Below, one piece after another: positions 35,629 to 46,400 of a stretch of DNA of 64,000 bases (position 1 is its first letter; each line of letters opens with the position of its first letter). The stretch is from IMG/VR virus record IMGVR_UViG_3300045988_107203, positions 15,075-79,074 of that record. One strand, written 5' to 3'. The notes under the pieces are model-generated. The model saw only the letters and a list, made by a program, of their open reading frames with translations. It was not told the DNA's origin and ran no database searches. The position numbers and the translations under genes are program-made. Source of the DNA: a virus.

Positions 35629-37039
35629 ACTTAGACCTTACCAGAAAGAGGCAGTAGATGCCGGGCTTAAGTTTCTTACAGGAAGATCTGAGAAGCCTGG
35701 CATAATCGTAGCTCCATGCGGATGTGGAAAGAGCCTTCTGATATCCAAGATAGCACATGAAATAAATAGACCGACATTAGTATTACAGCCCTCAAAAGAG
35801 ATTCTGGAGCAGAATTATGCAAAAGCCGTATCATTCGGTTCTAAACCTACTATATATTCTGCTTCATGTGGTATAAAGGAGCTGTCGGCTATGACTTATG
35901 CAACATTAAAGAGCATAAAGAAAGATGTAGCGAGGTTGAAGGATATAGGGATAGATACCTTATTGATAGACGAATGTCATTCAGGATATTCTCCTGAGGA
36001 AGGTTCTGAATTTATGGAGTTTATGAGCGAGTTTCCAGAGGCGAAGGTGCTGGGCTTCACCGCCACCCCCTGCCGCCTCCGAACCTACAGTTCCATGCTG
36101 GAAGGAAACTATAGCAAGCTCAATATGCTGACGAAAGACGAGCATAATTTCTTCAAGAAAATAGTTCATGTGACTCAAATACAAGAACTAACCTCTCAAG
36201 GGTTTTGGTGTCCACTTAAGTACGAACGATGGTCGTTTGATGAATCGGCTCTGATGTTAAACAGTACCGGAGCTGAATACACCAACGAATCTATTAAAGA
36301 AAGTATTGTAAGAAATGGCTTAAACAACTCTATCTACAAGCGCCTTCTTCAACTTATGAACGAACGTAAAGCCATTTTGGTTTGCATGGATTCTATCGAA
36401 TCATGTAATAGAATATCAGAGTTTATGAATGCCAAGATGGGAGCCATAACCGGTGTCGTAACATCGCTAACAACCAAAAAGAAAAGAGAACAAATTATAT
36501 CAGATTTCAAAGAAGGTAAGTTGAAGGTGGTTTTTAATTATTCAACGCTTGCTACCGGATTTGATTTTCCTGAACTTGATTGTGTGATGTTTGGTCGACC
36601 GACTTTCTCATATTCAACGTATTACCAAATATTAGGCCGCGCCGTCCGCATCCATCCTGACAAGAAAGAGGCACTGATAGTTGATTGCTGCGACAACATG
36701 AGGCGTTTCGGTCGGATAGAAGACTTGACAATCGAGCAATTCCCTTCTAAGGGCTGGTGTATGTTTGCCGGAGATCAACTTCTGTCCAATATAAGGATGG
36801 GTGATATTATTACCAAAGACGAGATCCTTCGCCGGGCAGCCTCGCTTAAATCTGTGAACGGAGATGGTAGGAGAGAAGACGATCTTGACAGTATAATAAT
36901 GTGGTTTGGAAAATATGAAGGAATTAGATTCAAGGACATACCAGTGTCGTATTTTAGGTTTTTGGCTGAGAATATGGCGGTAAAACCGGGAGATAGGAAA
37001 GAAAAGATTGTAGAATATTATAATAGGATAAAAGCATGA
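35615..37039 (+). CDS. SF2 DEAD/DEAH-box helicase with C-terminal DUF3820-like domain (474 aa)
   Basis: Q motif YQKEAV; Walker A APCGCGKS; DECH; TAT (GFTATPCR); motif VI QILGRAVR; C-terminal FGKYEGIRFKDIPVSYFRFL. Confidence 0.8.
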   Translation: MMGFELRPYQKEAVDAGLKFLTGRSEKPGIIVAPCGCGKSLLISKIAHEINRPTLVLQPSKEILEQNYAKAVSFGSKPTIYSASCGIKELSAMTYATLKSIKKDVARLKDIGIDTLLIDECHSGYSPEEGSEFMEFMSEFPEAKVLGFTATPCRLRTYSSMLEGNYSKLNMLTKDEHNFFKKIVHVTQIQELTSQGFWCPLKYERWSFDESALMLNSTGAEYTNESIKESIVRNGLNNSIYKRLLQLMNERKAILVCMDSIESCNRISEFMNAKMGAITGVVTSLTTKKKREQIISDFKEGKLKVVFNYSTLATGFDFPELDCVMFGRPTFSYSTYYQILGRAVRIHPDKKEALIVDCCDNMRRFGRIEDLTIEQFPSKGWCMFAGDQLLSNIRMGDIITKDEILRRAASLKSVNGDGRREDDLDSIIMWFGKYEGIRFKDIPVSYFRFLAENMAVKPGDRKEKIVEYYNRIKA

Positions 37040-37392
37040 ACAACAAGAGAAGAAAGAAAATATCAGATGTTATTAACAATGTAAATAAGTATAAAACAGA
37101 TTTTGAATACATCAAATCAAAGTTATCGGAGTTGAAGGACAATATAAATTCAGCCAAGGATGATGTTGATATGATTTTAGACGAAGAGACTGAGGCGAGA
37201 GATAATATACCTGAATCGTTACAAGACTCAGAAAGATATTGGGAATCAGATCAGGCTGTAACTTATATGGAGGAGGTGGTTAATGACATGGAAGGTATTA
37301 TAAATGATTTAGATGATGTGATTTCAACCATAGATGGGAGCATTAAAACTATAAATGGTTCTATTAAAGTAAATTTGGAAGGAATAATATAA
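37036..37392 (+). CDS. hypothetical acidic protein (118 aa)
   Basis: ATGA coupling. Confidence 0.5.
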   Translation: MNNKRRKKISDVINNVNKYKTDFEYIKSKLSELKDNINSAKDDVDMILDEETEARDNIPESLQDSERYWESDQAVTYMEEVVNDMEGIINDLDDVISTIDGSIKTINGSIKVNLEGII

Positions 37393-37698
37393 ATGGAAAC
37401 AAATGAATTAAGGGAAATACTTAAATTGTATGGTCTTCAACATGATGTTGTTATCAACAAGAGTTCAAGAAGGTATTCTATTATCTTAGATAATAACATA
37501 ATAGGAACCAATCACGACAAAGAGAGGGTGGTTGTGTTCCGTTCTATACCGGAAGGGAAAAACACATTCTGCATGGAGCGAGATAGGTTCTACACGGAGT
37601 TTGAAGAAGCTTTTGATGACGATAAAGCCATAGAAGCCGTAAGACAATATTTTGAAAACAATAAAACAGAAAGTCATGAACGAAAACGAAGTATTTAG
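37393..37698 (+). CDS. hypothetical protein (101 aa)
   Basis: tiled ORF. Confidence 0.5.
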   Translation: METNELREILKLYGLQHDVVINKSSRRYSIILDNNIIGTNHDKERVVVFRSIPEGKNTFCMERDRFYTEFEEAFDDDKAIEAVRQYFENNKTESHERKRSI

Positions 37699-38017
37699 AT
37701 TAAAGGGCAGAATAGCTATATCCAACCTATCACGTGAGGACAAGGATATGATAAATAGCATCCTTGATGGTATCAACAAAAAGGATGAAGAGGAAAAAGG
37801 ATATGTCTATACCGTGAGAGTAAAACTAAACAACGGAAAGGTTGTATATGCTACTTTATTTTTTAAAAGCAAGACCGGTCCTACATTTGAAGACTTAAAG
37901 AGGGAGCTTGATGATGTGGGAGTTAAAAATGACGATTATAGCAATAACGGCACAATCATCATTAACCGCATTGTTATGAGCGGAGAAGAATTTGATCGCT
38001 TTATAGGCGAAGAATAA
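37676..38017 (+). CDS. hypothetical protein (~113 aa)
   Basis: ATG 37676 in frame of track ORF 37652. Confidence 0.5.
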   Translation: MNENEVFRLKGRIAISNLSREDKDMINSILDGINKKDEEEKGYVYTVRVKLNNGKVVYATLFFKSKTGPTFEDLKRELDDVGVKNDDYSNNGTIIINRIVMSGEEFDRFIGEE

Positions 38018-38066
38018 AATAATGGGCTATATTATTATACTAATTGATTAAAACAACGATAAAACG

Positions 38067-38633
38067 ATGGAAAAGATGGACAATAATACTAAAAACATCC
38101 TTTATCCAAAAGGATCTATTTTTCGTACATTGAAAGATGATAAAATAGATAAAAGTACTATAATGTACAAAGGATCTATAGTAGTTGCAGTAACAAATAT
38201 AAAAGAAAATGACAAGTTTGCTGAAGTTTGTTACAATGGAAACACAATTATTATAGAAACAGATATTATGGAACTTGTTCTTGTAGGAGATCCAGAAAAA
38301 AGTACTTCAATAAAATCAGTGAAAAATGACATCATTGACGACAAACTACGATGGGATTTGCTTCCGATGGAAGAGATTGAGGACATTGTAAAAGTCTATC
38401 ATGCCGGAGCCAAGAAATATGGGCCTAATAATTGGCAGAATCTTGACAATGGCTTTGAACGGTATCGTGCGGCGGCTGCCAGGCATATAATGGCATACCT
38501 GAAAGGAGAGAGAACGGATAAAGAGACGAACGTGCACCATTTAGCTGCGGCTGCATGGAATGTGATAACTATGTTGTGGTATGATAAACACGGAAAAGGA
38601 TTAATACCATTAAATAAGGAGGAAAAGAAATGA
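38067..38633 (+). CDS. protein with dATP/dGTP pyrophosphohydrolase-like (PF18909-type) domain (188 aa)
   Basis: WDLLPMEEIEDIVKVYHAGAKKYGPNNWQN...RYRAAAARHIMAYLKGERTDKETNVHHLAAAAWNVITMLWY matches recalled W-LP...GA-KY--NW...RH...GE--D-E-G--HL domain pattern. Confidence 0.5.
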   Translation: MEKMDNNTKNILYPKGSIFRTLKDDKIDKSTIMYKGSIVVAVTNIKENDKFAEVCYNGNTIIIETDIMELVLVGDPEKSTSIKSVKNDIIDDKLRWDLLPMEEIEDIVKVYHAGAKKYGPNNWQNLDNGFERYRAAAARHIMAYLKGERTDKETNVHHLAAAAWNVITMLWYDKHGKGLIPLNKEEKK

Positions 38634-38938
38634 CAAAAAAACAAATGATTCAACTGTTAGACGACGAGCTTGATGCAATAAACAAACATAGAAGTAATAT
38701 TGAAAGAATTAAAAAGGAATATTTCGATTCTGTTTATGGGTTAAAGAATGGAGATAAAGTGAGTGTTCTTTACAAACGTTCGAAAGAGCCTCTTGTTGAT
38801 TTCTTTAAGAACGTGCAAATCACAAATACTGGAACAGTTATATTTACAATCCAGAAAGCTAATAAAGAAGGAAGACCTGGAAGAGGATCTTATTTGGTGT
38901 ATGAAGACGATTTGAGCGAAATCAAAAAAGTAGAATAA
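38630..38938 (+). CDS. hypothetical protein (102 aa)
   Basis: ATGA coupling. Confidence 0.5.
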   Translation: MTKKQMIQLLDDELDAINKHRSNIERIKKEYFDSVYGLKNGDKVSVLYKRSKEPLVDFFKNVQITNTGTVIFTIQKANKEGRPGRGSYLVYEDDLSEIKKVE

Positions 38939-38939
38939 C

Positions 38940-39470
38940 ATGATTAGAGCAAGATTTTACATTAGAAAGGATGACTGTGACAATGATTACCGTCCAGTCA
39001 AATGGCCTATAAAATATCCATATTGGTGTAGTGCAGAATCCAGTAATTCATTTGTATTGGTGGCGTATGCTGAAGATGAAGACAGCATAAAAGAACTGTG
39101 GCCGGAGGCGTATGATATTAATGTCTTAGAAAAAGATACCGAGATTAGATTCACATTAAGATTTCCTAAACCAGAATGGTATGAATTGTACGAAAGGGAA
39201 TTAGAAGAATGTGATAGGTTTATATGGATTACAGATGCGTGCATGAGAGACGGTGTAATAAGAAAAGTAAAAGCTAAAATAGAAGAGTATGGTGGTCTTT
39301 TGTTAGCCGACATTCCTGATAGGATCACTCCTTATGAAATAGGAAGGGATGCTTTTGAGAGCAAAGAAGAAGCTTTAAAACATGCAGAGAAACGGAGAAC
39401 GTACCTGATCGAATTGACTAAGAAACAATTGAATGAACTTGAAAATCTAAAATTTAAATGCGATGATTAA
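38940..39470 (+). CDS. hypothetical protein (176 aa)
   Basis: tiled ORF. Confidence 0.55.
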   Translation: MIRARFYIRKDDCDNDYRPVKWPIKYPYWCSAESSNSFVLVAYAEDEDSIKELWPEAYDINVLEKDTEIRFTLRFPKPEWYELYERELEECDRFIWITDACMRDGVIRKVKAKIEEYGGLLLADIPDRITPYEIGRDAFESKEEALKHAEKRRTYLIELTKKQLNELENLKFKCDD

Positions 39471-40176
39471 CTACGCGGCAAAAGCCAGAAAAGCTTATTT
39501 GATAAACAATTTCGATAAGATTCTTAACAGCCTCAACACGCTTCATTCGACGGTTGAAACCATGACGTTGTTCGTAAACGACCAGGCTTATAATTACATT
39601 CTTAAGCTGAAGGAAGTGATTAAGGGTGGTCCTATGTACAAACATAATGTCAAACGATTTTTGAATGATATGGACAAAGAGATAAAGAGGTACAATGCTT
39701 CTATCTACTACATAAATAAAGAGCGTAGTGGGGTTATAGCTGATATAACACAAGCGATGGAAGATTGCCTCATGCCATACATAGACGACCTGGCCGGCGC
39801 TATAAGGGCAGCCGTGTGGTCGAGGGGTGTGTCCGAGGAGCGGACGGAAGCGGCGGTACTGTCCCTAATCGTATCCTCCTTGGCTACGACATCAGGCAGA
39901 CTTATCTCAGGTGGATATCAGATCATGAAAAAAATGGGTGGAGGTCAAGGTGGTAATCCATTTACGTTTATGAGCATTGATAAGATAAGACACTTATCTA
40001 CATCATTGTCTGATGCTATTACCGGTGGAGAAATAGCTCCTGAAGAAAAAGAAGCCAATAACATAACTAAGGCAATGGATGTTTTTATTGAGAAAATGTC
40101 TGATTCGGATATTGTCGATAAGGTGATCAGCATACTCGAAGAGGCAGAATCTAAAAATAAGGAGGAGCGATCGTGA
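39463..40176 (+). CDS. hypothetical protein (237 aa)
   Basis: tiled ORF. Confidence 0.55.
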   Translation: MINYAAKARKAYLINNFDKILNSLNTLHSTVETMTLFVNDQAYNYILKLKEVIKGGPMYKHNVKRFLNDMDKEIKRYNASIYYINKERSGVIADITQAMEDCLMPYIDDLAGAIRAAVWSRGVSEERTEAAVLSLIVSSLATTSGRLISGGYQIMKKMGGGQGGNPFTFMSIDKIRHLSTSLSDAITGGEIAPEEKEANNITKAMDVFIEKMSDSDIVDKVISILEEAESKNKEERS

Positions 40177-40364
40177 ATTATTTGGATGGGTATGTAGAAG
40201 AGATTCTTTCCGAGCCGTACTATGATGATTACGGTTCTGGTATTTTTAGGTGGTGGGTGAAAGTGTCTTACATTTGCGAAGGCATAGGAGCTGTCACTAC
40301 CTTAATGTTTGATACGAGAGAAGAAGCAGAGGCAGTAAAACCAGGTTACAAATTTTTATGTTGA
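40173..40364 (+). CDS. hypothetical protein (63 aa)
   Basis: ATGA coupling. Confidence 0.45.
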   Translation: MNYLDGYVEEILSEPYYDDYGSGIFRWWVKVSYICEGIGAVTTLMFDTREEAEAVKPGYKFLC

Positions 40365-40371
40365 AAATAAT

Positions 40372-40608
40372 ATGAAGTATTTTGTTTTATTGATGGCACT
40401 TGTGTTATCATCATGTTCGCATGATGATAGTCGGGTTAATAACGGATGGGTTATATATGATCTACGTCCTTTAGAAGATGGATGTATAATGTATTATGGT
40501 GAAGACGAAGGAATTTCAATATTTTATAATAATAGGCTTATAAAATTCGTTGGATACCAAGGGGAATACAATATAGGAGATTCTATTAAAATCGTAAAAG
40601 TAAAATAA
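40372..40608 (+). CDS. lipoprotein (78 aa) with Bacteroidota-type signal MKYFVLLMALVLSSC-SHDD
   Basis: signal peptide, lipobox Cys followed by acidic export-signal-like residues. Confidence 0.55.
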   Translation: MKYFVLLMALVLSSCSHDDSRVNNGWVIYDLRPLEDGCIMYYGEDEGISIFYNNRLIKFVGYQGEYNIGDSIKIVKVK

Positions 40609-40609
40609 T

Positions 40610-40807
40610 ATGGAAAAGAATTTAAAACCTGTATGTCCAAAATGTGGCACCCCTCACCAGCCTCATTCTCCGCACACGATGGATGCAGATGGATTTGAAA
40701 GGAGTGAGATAAGAACTGTCATGAAAGACAGGGGATGGTGCTACGAATGCTCTTTTGGCAAAATATGTACGACAAGCACAAAGACGATCCAGGATGGGTT
40801 AGGATAG
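40610..40807 (+). CDS. small zinc-ribbon protein (65 aa)
   Basis: CPKCG...CYEC. Confidence 0.5.
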   Translation: MEKNLKPVCPKCGTPHQPHSPHTMDADGFERSEIRTVMKDRGWCYECSFGKICTTSTKTIQDGLG

Positions 40808-41097
40808 ACGGTGAAAGCTGGGTGCTTAAGCCTATGGTAGAAAACGTACCAAGAGGATGGAATAGCCTTGGATGTGGCGGAAGAAAAATGTATGTCAATA
40901 TCGAAGGAAAAGGCATTGTTGTATCAAATAACTGCTGGTGCCAAGGTGATGTTTCGGACGCATTCAAGGATCTGATGCCTGATAATGCTACTTGGGCTAC
41001 GAAGGAGGAATTTGACAAAGCTCCTGTAGTCGGACATATCATAGAAGGTATTGGTTTAGTTTTCACAGATAGGGGAGATCATGAAGTTAATGCTTAG
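40765..41097 (+). CDS. hypothetical protein (~110 aa)
   Basis: internal ATG of track ORF 40735; last plus-strand gene before strand switch. Confidence 0.45.
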   Translation: MYDKHKDDPGWVRIDGESWVLKPMVENVPRGWNSLGCGGRKMYVNIEGKGIVVSNNCWCQGDVSDAFKDLMPDNATWATKEEFDKAPVVGHIIEGIGLVFTDRGDHEVNA

Positions 41098-41121
41098 AAA
41101 CTTAGGTGATTATATACCAAT

Positions 41122-41565
41122 TTACACCAGTACATTTTGACGCTTCACCGTTCCTACCAACGTAGGCAACTCCACGTCCCCTTCCCGGTTCACCACCGGT
41201 GTCTTGTTAATATTTTCTTGGGTTAGAAGATTCTGTTTTTCTAACCCAAATCTTTTAATGTTATTCGCTGCAAGTAAATCACGATCATTGACGGCGCCAC
41301 ATTCAGGACAAGTCCAAATACGATCCGATAATTTAAGATCACGATGAATATACCCACATCCGCACATCTTAGAACTTGGCTCGAATCTTCCGATCCGAAT
41401 TAAATTAACACCGCGCCAATCTGATTTATATTGCAGCATCCTAAAGAACTCGCTCCATGATGCAGAAGCAATTCTCTTAGCAAGGCAATGATTTTTTTAA
41501 CATGCCTCCTACATTAAGATCTTCGATGATAATAGTTTGGTTCTCACTTATATTCCTCTTAGAAT
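41122..41565 (-). pseudogene. tnpB: TnpB C-terminal remnant (RuvC-II, zinc finger, RuvC-III) with homopolymer frameshift
   Basis: ORF 41122-41439 has ...RFEPSSKMCGCG...CPECGAVNDRDLLAANNI; upstream in a different frame IEDLNVGGM (RuvC-II, 41501-41527) and KNHCLAKRIASASWSEF; frames joined across T7 run at 41492-41498 (6 or 9 would be in frame); no N-terminal half. Confidence 0.75.
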
Positions 41566-41830
41566 AGTTGAAAGGAAATTAACTAATGGAGAGGTAGAAT
41601 ATTGGTGCCAATATCAAAACATTTTTGGGAAATGGAAAAACAGGATAAAATACGATATGTTTGGCATGGTGTGTTGAGGCTGTTTTTTTTATTCATTCGA
41701 AGATGCGTATGAATTTAATTATGGTAAGAACAAAGAAGAAAAGGTAAAGGTAGTGGACTCTTGTTACAAGAAAAGATGGTAACTACAACAGTCCCCAACC
41801 ATACAATAGGCGTACGGTTGGGGACTGTTG

Positions 41831-42421
41831 TCATATCGTAAAATTAAGTGTTTTTTTTAATATCAGATATTCAGTATGAACTTTACTTCCGCCATCATCT
41901 ATCAAGTCCAAATTAATATAAGCTGTATATGATACATGATGATCACCAGAAGCAAGACGTTTCATTTCTGATAAGAACATAGAATTTAAACCTTGGCCAG
42001 ACCATGATTCTGGATATGGCAAAGGTGTAAAGTCGGCATCTGTACATCTTATAGTCCAAGTAAGATTAGGATCTGCCCTAACTATTCTATCATGAGGTCC
42101 ATCAATTACAAGGTCTGGCATCTCATATTGGTAACTATCATAATTAAGGACAATAGGATCACCAAAGTTTACACCGTATATAGCAGCAGGTGGAGTAAAG
42201 CTTGTTATTAAAAAGGTTCTATTAATCCTATTGGTTGTTCTTAGCGTAAACCCATCAGGTGCTATCACACTTACTCTAAATCCATAATAAGGAGAGGTTG
42301 TTAAAGCAATAGCAAGAGCTACCGAATCCTGTTCAAGCAATTCCTCTGTCGTATCAACCCTATTATCGATCTCTTGCCTATCTTCCATTGGAACACCGCC
42401 TTGGACACTTATGGAATCCAA
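41831..42421 (-). CDS. hypothetical protein (196 aa), probably virion-associated
   Basis: long ORF in minus-strand block. Confidence 0.55.
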   Translation of the reverse strand: MDSISVQGGVPMEDRQEIDNRVDTTEELLEQDSVALAIALTTSPYYGFRVSVIAPDGFTLRTTNRINRTFLITSFTPPAAIYGVNFGDPIVLNYDSYQYEMPDLVIDGPHDRIVRADPNLTWTIRCTDADFTPLPYPESWSGQGLNSMFLSEMKRLASGDHHVSYTAYINLDLIDDGGSKVHTEYLILKKTLNFTI

Positions 42422-42571
42422 CCGTTCTTTTTTAGACAGAAAGATAAATTGCCCGCCCTGTGGAATGGTGCCTACTTTCTTTCCTTCTACGATTACCCCC
42501 CCCCTATACAGTTACTAACTATTTTATACTCATATAGTTTAGCATTATTTTCAAATCTTCTTCTCATAATT

Positions 42572-43276
42572 TCATAAAATTAATTCAGTAAAAGGACGGA
42601 CATAACGTGAACTACCCCTTGAACCTGTATCCAAATGATCTCCTTGGATGTTTATATCATAATACCACGAATAGGTAAATTGTGTAGATTGAGTGGATGT
42701 CCACATTTTATTACTCATTATCGTACCTCCTACCATTAAAAGGCATTCGTTTATTTCATTCGCATACAATGATATCAAAAAAAACTCTCCGGCGCCACCT
42801 ACATATCCATTTTGACCATTTTTAAATAAATAGCTATTAGCTTTATTAAAAGCGTAATCTGTATTACTGGTATCATATTCAAGATACGCATTCTGATTTT
42901 CACGCCCCCAATAATCCTTTTTAATAGTTCCCATATGAGAACTATCTTGTGCAAATATATTGTCTATTTTTCCATCCTTACCCCAACGAAATGTGCCAAT
43001 ATATTCGGTGGCTATAACAAAACACACTTTATCTACAAGAGCTATTCCATTGCATAGATCATTGGAATATCCTCTATTAGACCAATTTTCTTTTGTATAT
43101 AATCCTCCATCTACATGTTGGATGTATATGCCTTTATTGATTATAAGCGAGGGATTTACCCCCATCCCTATTTGAAATCTTCGTCTCATGATTTTTGTTT
43201 GCAAGATAGCAATAATTGACAACATAAAAGAAACCGGTTCCCTATCATCTCTGACTGAGAACCGGTAAGAAAACAA
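42572..43276 (-). CDS. DUF1566 (Lcl C-terminal)-like domain protein, putative tail fibre/receptor-binding (234 aa)
   Basis: EFFLISLYANE...MWTSTQ...SRYVRPF resembles DUF1566 E-L--L / WSST / vRcVR pattern. Confidence 0.45.
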   Translation of the reverse strand: MFSYRFSVRDDREPVSFMLSIIAILQTKIMRRRFQIGMGVNPSLIINKGIYIQHVDGGLYTKENWSNRGYSNDLCNGIALVDKVCFVIATEYIGTFRWGKDGKIDNIFAQDSSHMGTIKKDYWGRENQNAYLEYDTSNTDYAFNKANSYLFKNGQNGYVGGAGEFFLISLYANEINECLLMVGGTIMSNKMWTSTQSTQFTYSWYYDINIQGDHLDTGSRGSSRYVRPFTELIL

Positions 43277-43402
43277 TTTCAGAAAAAATTAAACCTACAT
43301 AATCTTTCAAGTAAGAACAAAAAACGTACAATCTACTCTTTGACGATGCTAATATAACATATTGGAATCATACAAAAACAATGCAAGTCCGATATTCTTC
43401 GT

Positions 43403-46400
43403 CTACTTGTAGCTAACATCATCGTCCCCTTCCGAATCAGGAGTAGCGCCGATGAAGAACATCATTGACTTGTTGTTCGTCTGCTGCCACCAATTATAGG
43501 CGCGCGCTACGTCTTCCGGCGTCTTGATATTATACCATTGTTTGATAAACGTCTGTTTGGCGAGTTGCCTAAATAACTTAGACTCTCCCTTGTATGTACC
43601 GGATGTTACTTTATCAAGTGAATAATTCCTAAGATCGGTAAGATCCTTCAGCTTCCGTCCCATAACAAACGGGTCGTTAATGATATCTACAACGTTAAGC
43701 TCCATAATAAACGGCATCTGTGAAGCTATTTCGTTTATGGTTCTGAATCCTACATAGGATCCGAATTGAGTAAGCCAACTTTCTTCGTTTTCATCATCAT
43801 CACGCCATCCGGCAAGAAGCATAGATACGGCTTGCATGATAAGAAACGTGCCGGCATAGACACTGAGACGTTTGAGATTGGTTTTCTCTACCTCATTCAT
43901 ATTGTCTTTATTTTCGTTCCAGGCATCTATGATGTTTTTCATACCAGACTCGGAAGCTAAGCTAAATGTTTTGGCTATCATATTCTTTAACGTAATTGAC
44001 AACCCTTCCTCTTCTTGCATTGTCTGGAAATTGAAGCCACGTCTTTTCCACAGACGTTGAGCCGCCAGCACCAACCATCCTCGGTGGGCGGTCATGAACC
44101 TGGCTATCCAGTTGCGCGATGCGGCAGTTCGGTTTTCTTCATTCAAAGATCCGTTACATATCTGCGACAAGCTACGAACTTGATTTCTGGTTATAGCCAT
44201 CTGGGTTTCAACTTCCTCAACAGTAACACCCGATCCTGGCTTTACAACCACCTTCCCATCCACGACGTCTACTATACTCCATAAAGTACGATCTTTTAAT
44301 GCATTCCATTCTCTTTTTATGGTACTCTGTTCTTTATTACGTTCTTTTTCCATCTTGAAATCTTGGAACGTGTAGAACCGGCCTTTGTAATAACGAACAT
44401 TGTCCATAGTAGCAATCATAACCTGCGGATCAAGAGGGTAGTTCAGGATTTCCATAAAAGCATACATAGGCGAACGCATTAAGGTCCTGGCCACTCTATT
44501 ATATCCGGCACCATACATACGATTTCGGATATTGAATATCCCCATTCTCTCACCTATGACATATAATTTGCTTTTCCTATCTATGTCTCCGGTTTCTGCT
44601 ATACAAGATGGAGCAAGGCGTGAAAATTCAGCCGATGCGTATTTAAGGGAGTCTTTGCTTATATACTGTCCTACGGCAGATTCCATGATGAGGTTGATAT
44701 GACCTGTCAGGGCGCCGGTAGCTGCCACAAACGGGGACAGCGCCAGGTTCATGACCGACATAAATCTTTCAACGGCCATCATTATCCTGGTAAGGTCTAC
44801 TGTGTATCCACCGATGTTTACCGTCAGTTTTTTGGTGTTCATCCTAATGCCATAATAATGATCGTTGAAGAAGTCCCTGAACATCTGATATGCTTGGGTT
44901 GCTTCAGCCTTCTTACCGCCTTCAAATTGTTTATTCAGTAACATCTGCTCCAGTCCTTGGGCAAGCTCTATAGACTTCTGCTTTTCGTTATATAACGATG
45001 ACTGCATCATAAGCATCGAATAAGAGTAGCCAAAATCGTGAGATACATCATCTTGGTTCTCCAACTCATATATGTAGTATTTAGGTATAGACCTAAGCCT
45101 GTCTTCCGGATCATACACTTCTCCTTGCCTGGTTTTACCATATAGAGAATCGTCTACTCTGTCCAGGCACAGATCTGATACAAAATTACGAACCGTATTT
45201 TTGAAGTTAATACCCAATCCTTCTATACGTTCTATATCTTGTTTTGATATCTGTGGAATAGCATACAAATTGGGACTCTGCTCTTTGTATAGATCAAGGG
45301 ATTGTCTTTTTATTTCCTTGAGTTTTTGAATCATATTCCACTGCTCTACGTTTTTAGTAGCAACTTCATTACCGTCAGCATCATACTTGATACCAAAGTC
45401 ATTGAAATAAGATTCATCACGATACAGGCTTTTCTTAGGCATTCGATGACCATACCCATGATCTTTTACATAATCAGGATTACGGCCGTTATTTTCGGCT
45501 TCAGATTCAGCCACCCATGCCCTTGCAGGATCGAAAGACAGGTACGATATGTTCATGCCATAATCTTGGGTGGATGTACCGTTTTGCACGTCCTTAACCA
45601 TCTGCGCCACATCTATCTCACCTCGACCTATTTTGTCGATCATAGCCGCATATCCGGTAGGCGCCATGCGTTTATAGTAGGAAAAGACCTGGCCCCTGGC
45701 AAATTCATTAACAATAGCATTAGCTTCTTCTACACCCTCTTCTCTTGTATTATTTAAAAACAAGCTGGCCATCTTAGCATTAACAGCATTCCTAAAATCT
45801 CTACCGTCTAATTCTTTGCTTATACCAAGCTTTTCTGACAGGTAGTTGGTTTCAGATACGGTAAACAGATATCGGTTATCAGCAGCCTTAAACAGCTTAT
45901 CCCTTAAAGCCTGAATCCTTTTTGCTTTCTTCGCCGTAGTATGACGTTGTACGAACTTCCATTCCACTTCCTTGGAGTCAGCAAGAGCATTTAAATAAGA
46001 CTGATTTACTTCGTTTTCGGCCTTACTGCTTTTAGTAAGGTACTTATCAATATCTTCAAGACCCACCATCTTAGCATAATCTATTAAGATAGCGTAATCG
46101 GCTTCAATAGCTTCAGATGCGGCCCTAAAAGCATCTCTTTCAGATGAGGTAAATGTTGCTTCGTTAATCTCTCCGATATCAGCCACATCGCGATTGTTTC
46201 CGATTATTTCCTTGATAATGGCCTTATTTTTTTCTATATCTTTCACAATCGAATCCACGTCAGTCGCATCTCTATCGCTTGTCGTAGAACTAATGATATC
46301 ATGCGCCATTTTAAGATACGAAGCCTTGTTATTTGATTCGGTACGTGCCGACTGTTCTGATTCTACGTCATTCCAAAACCGATCATTAAATGACAGGTGA

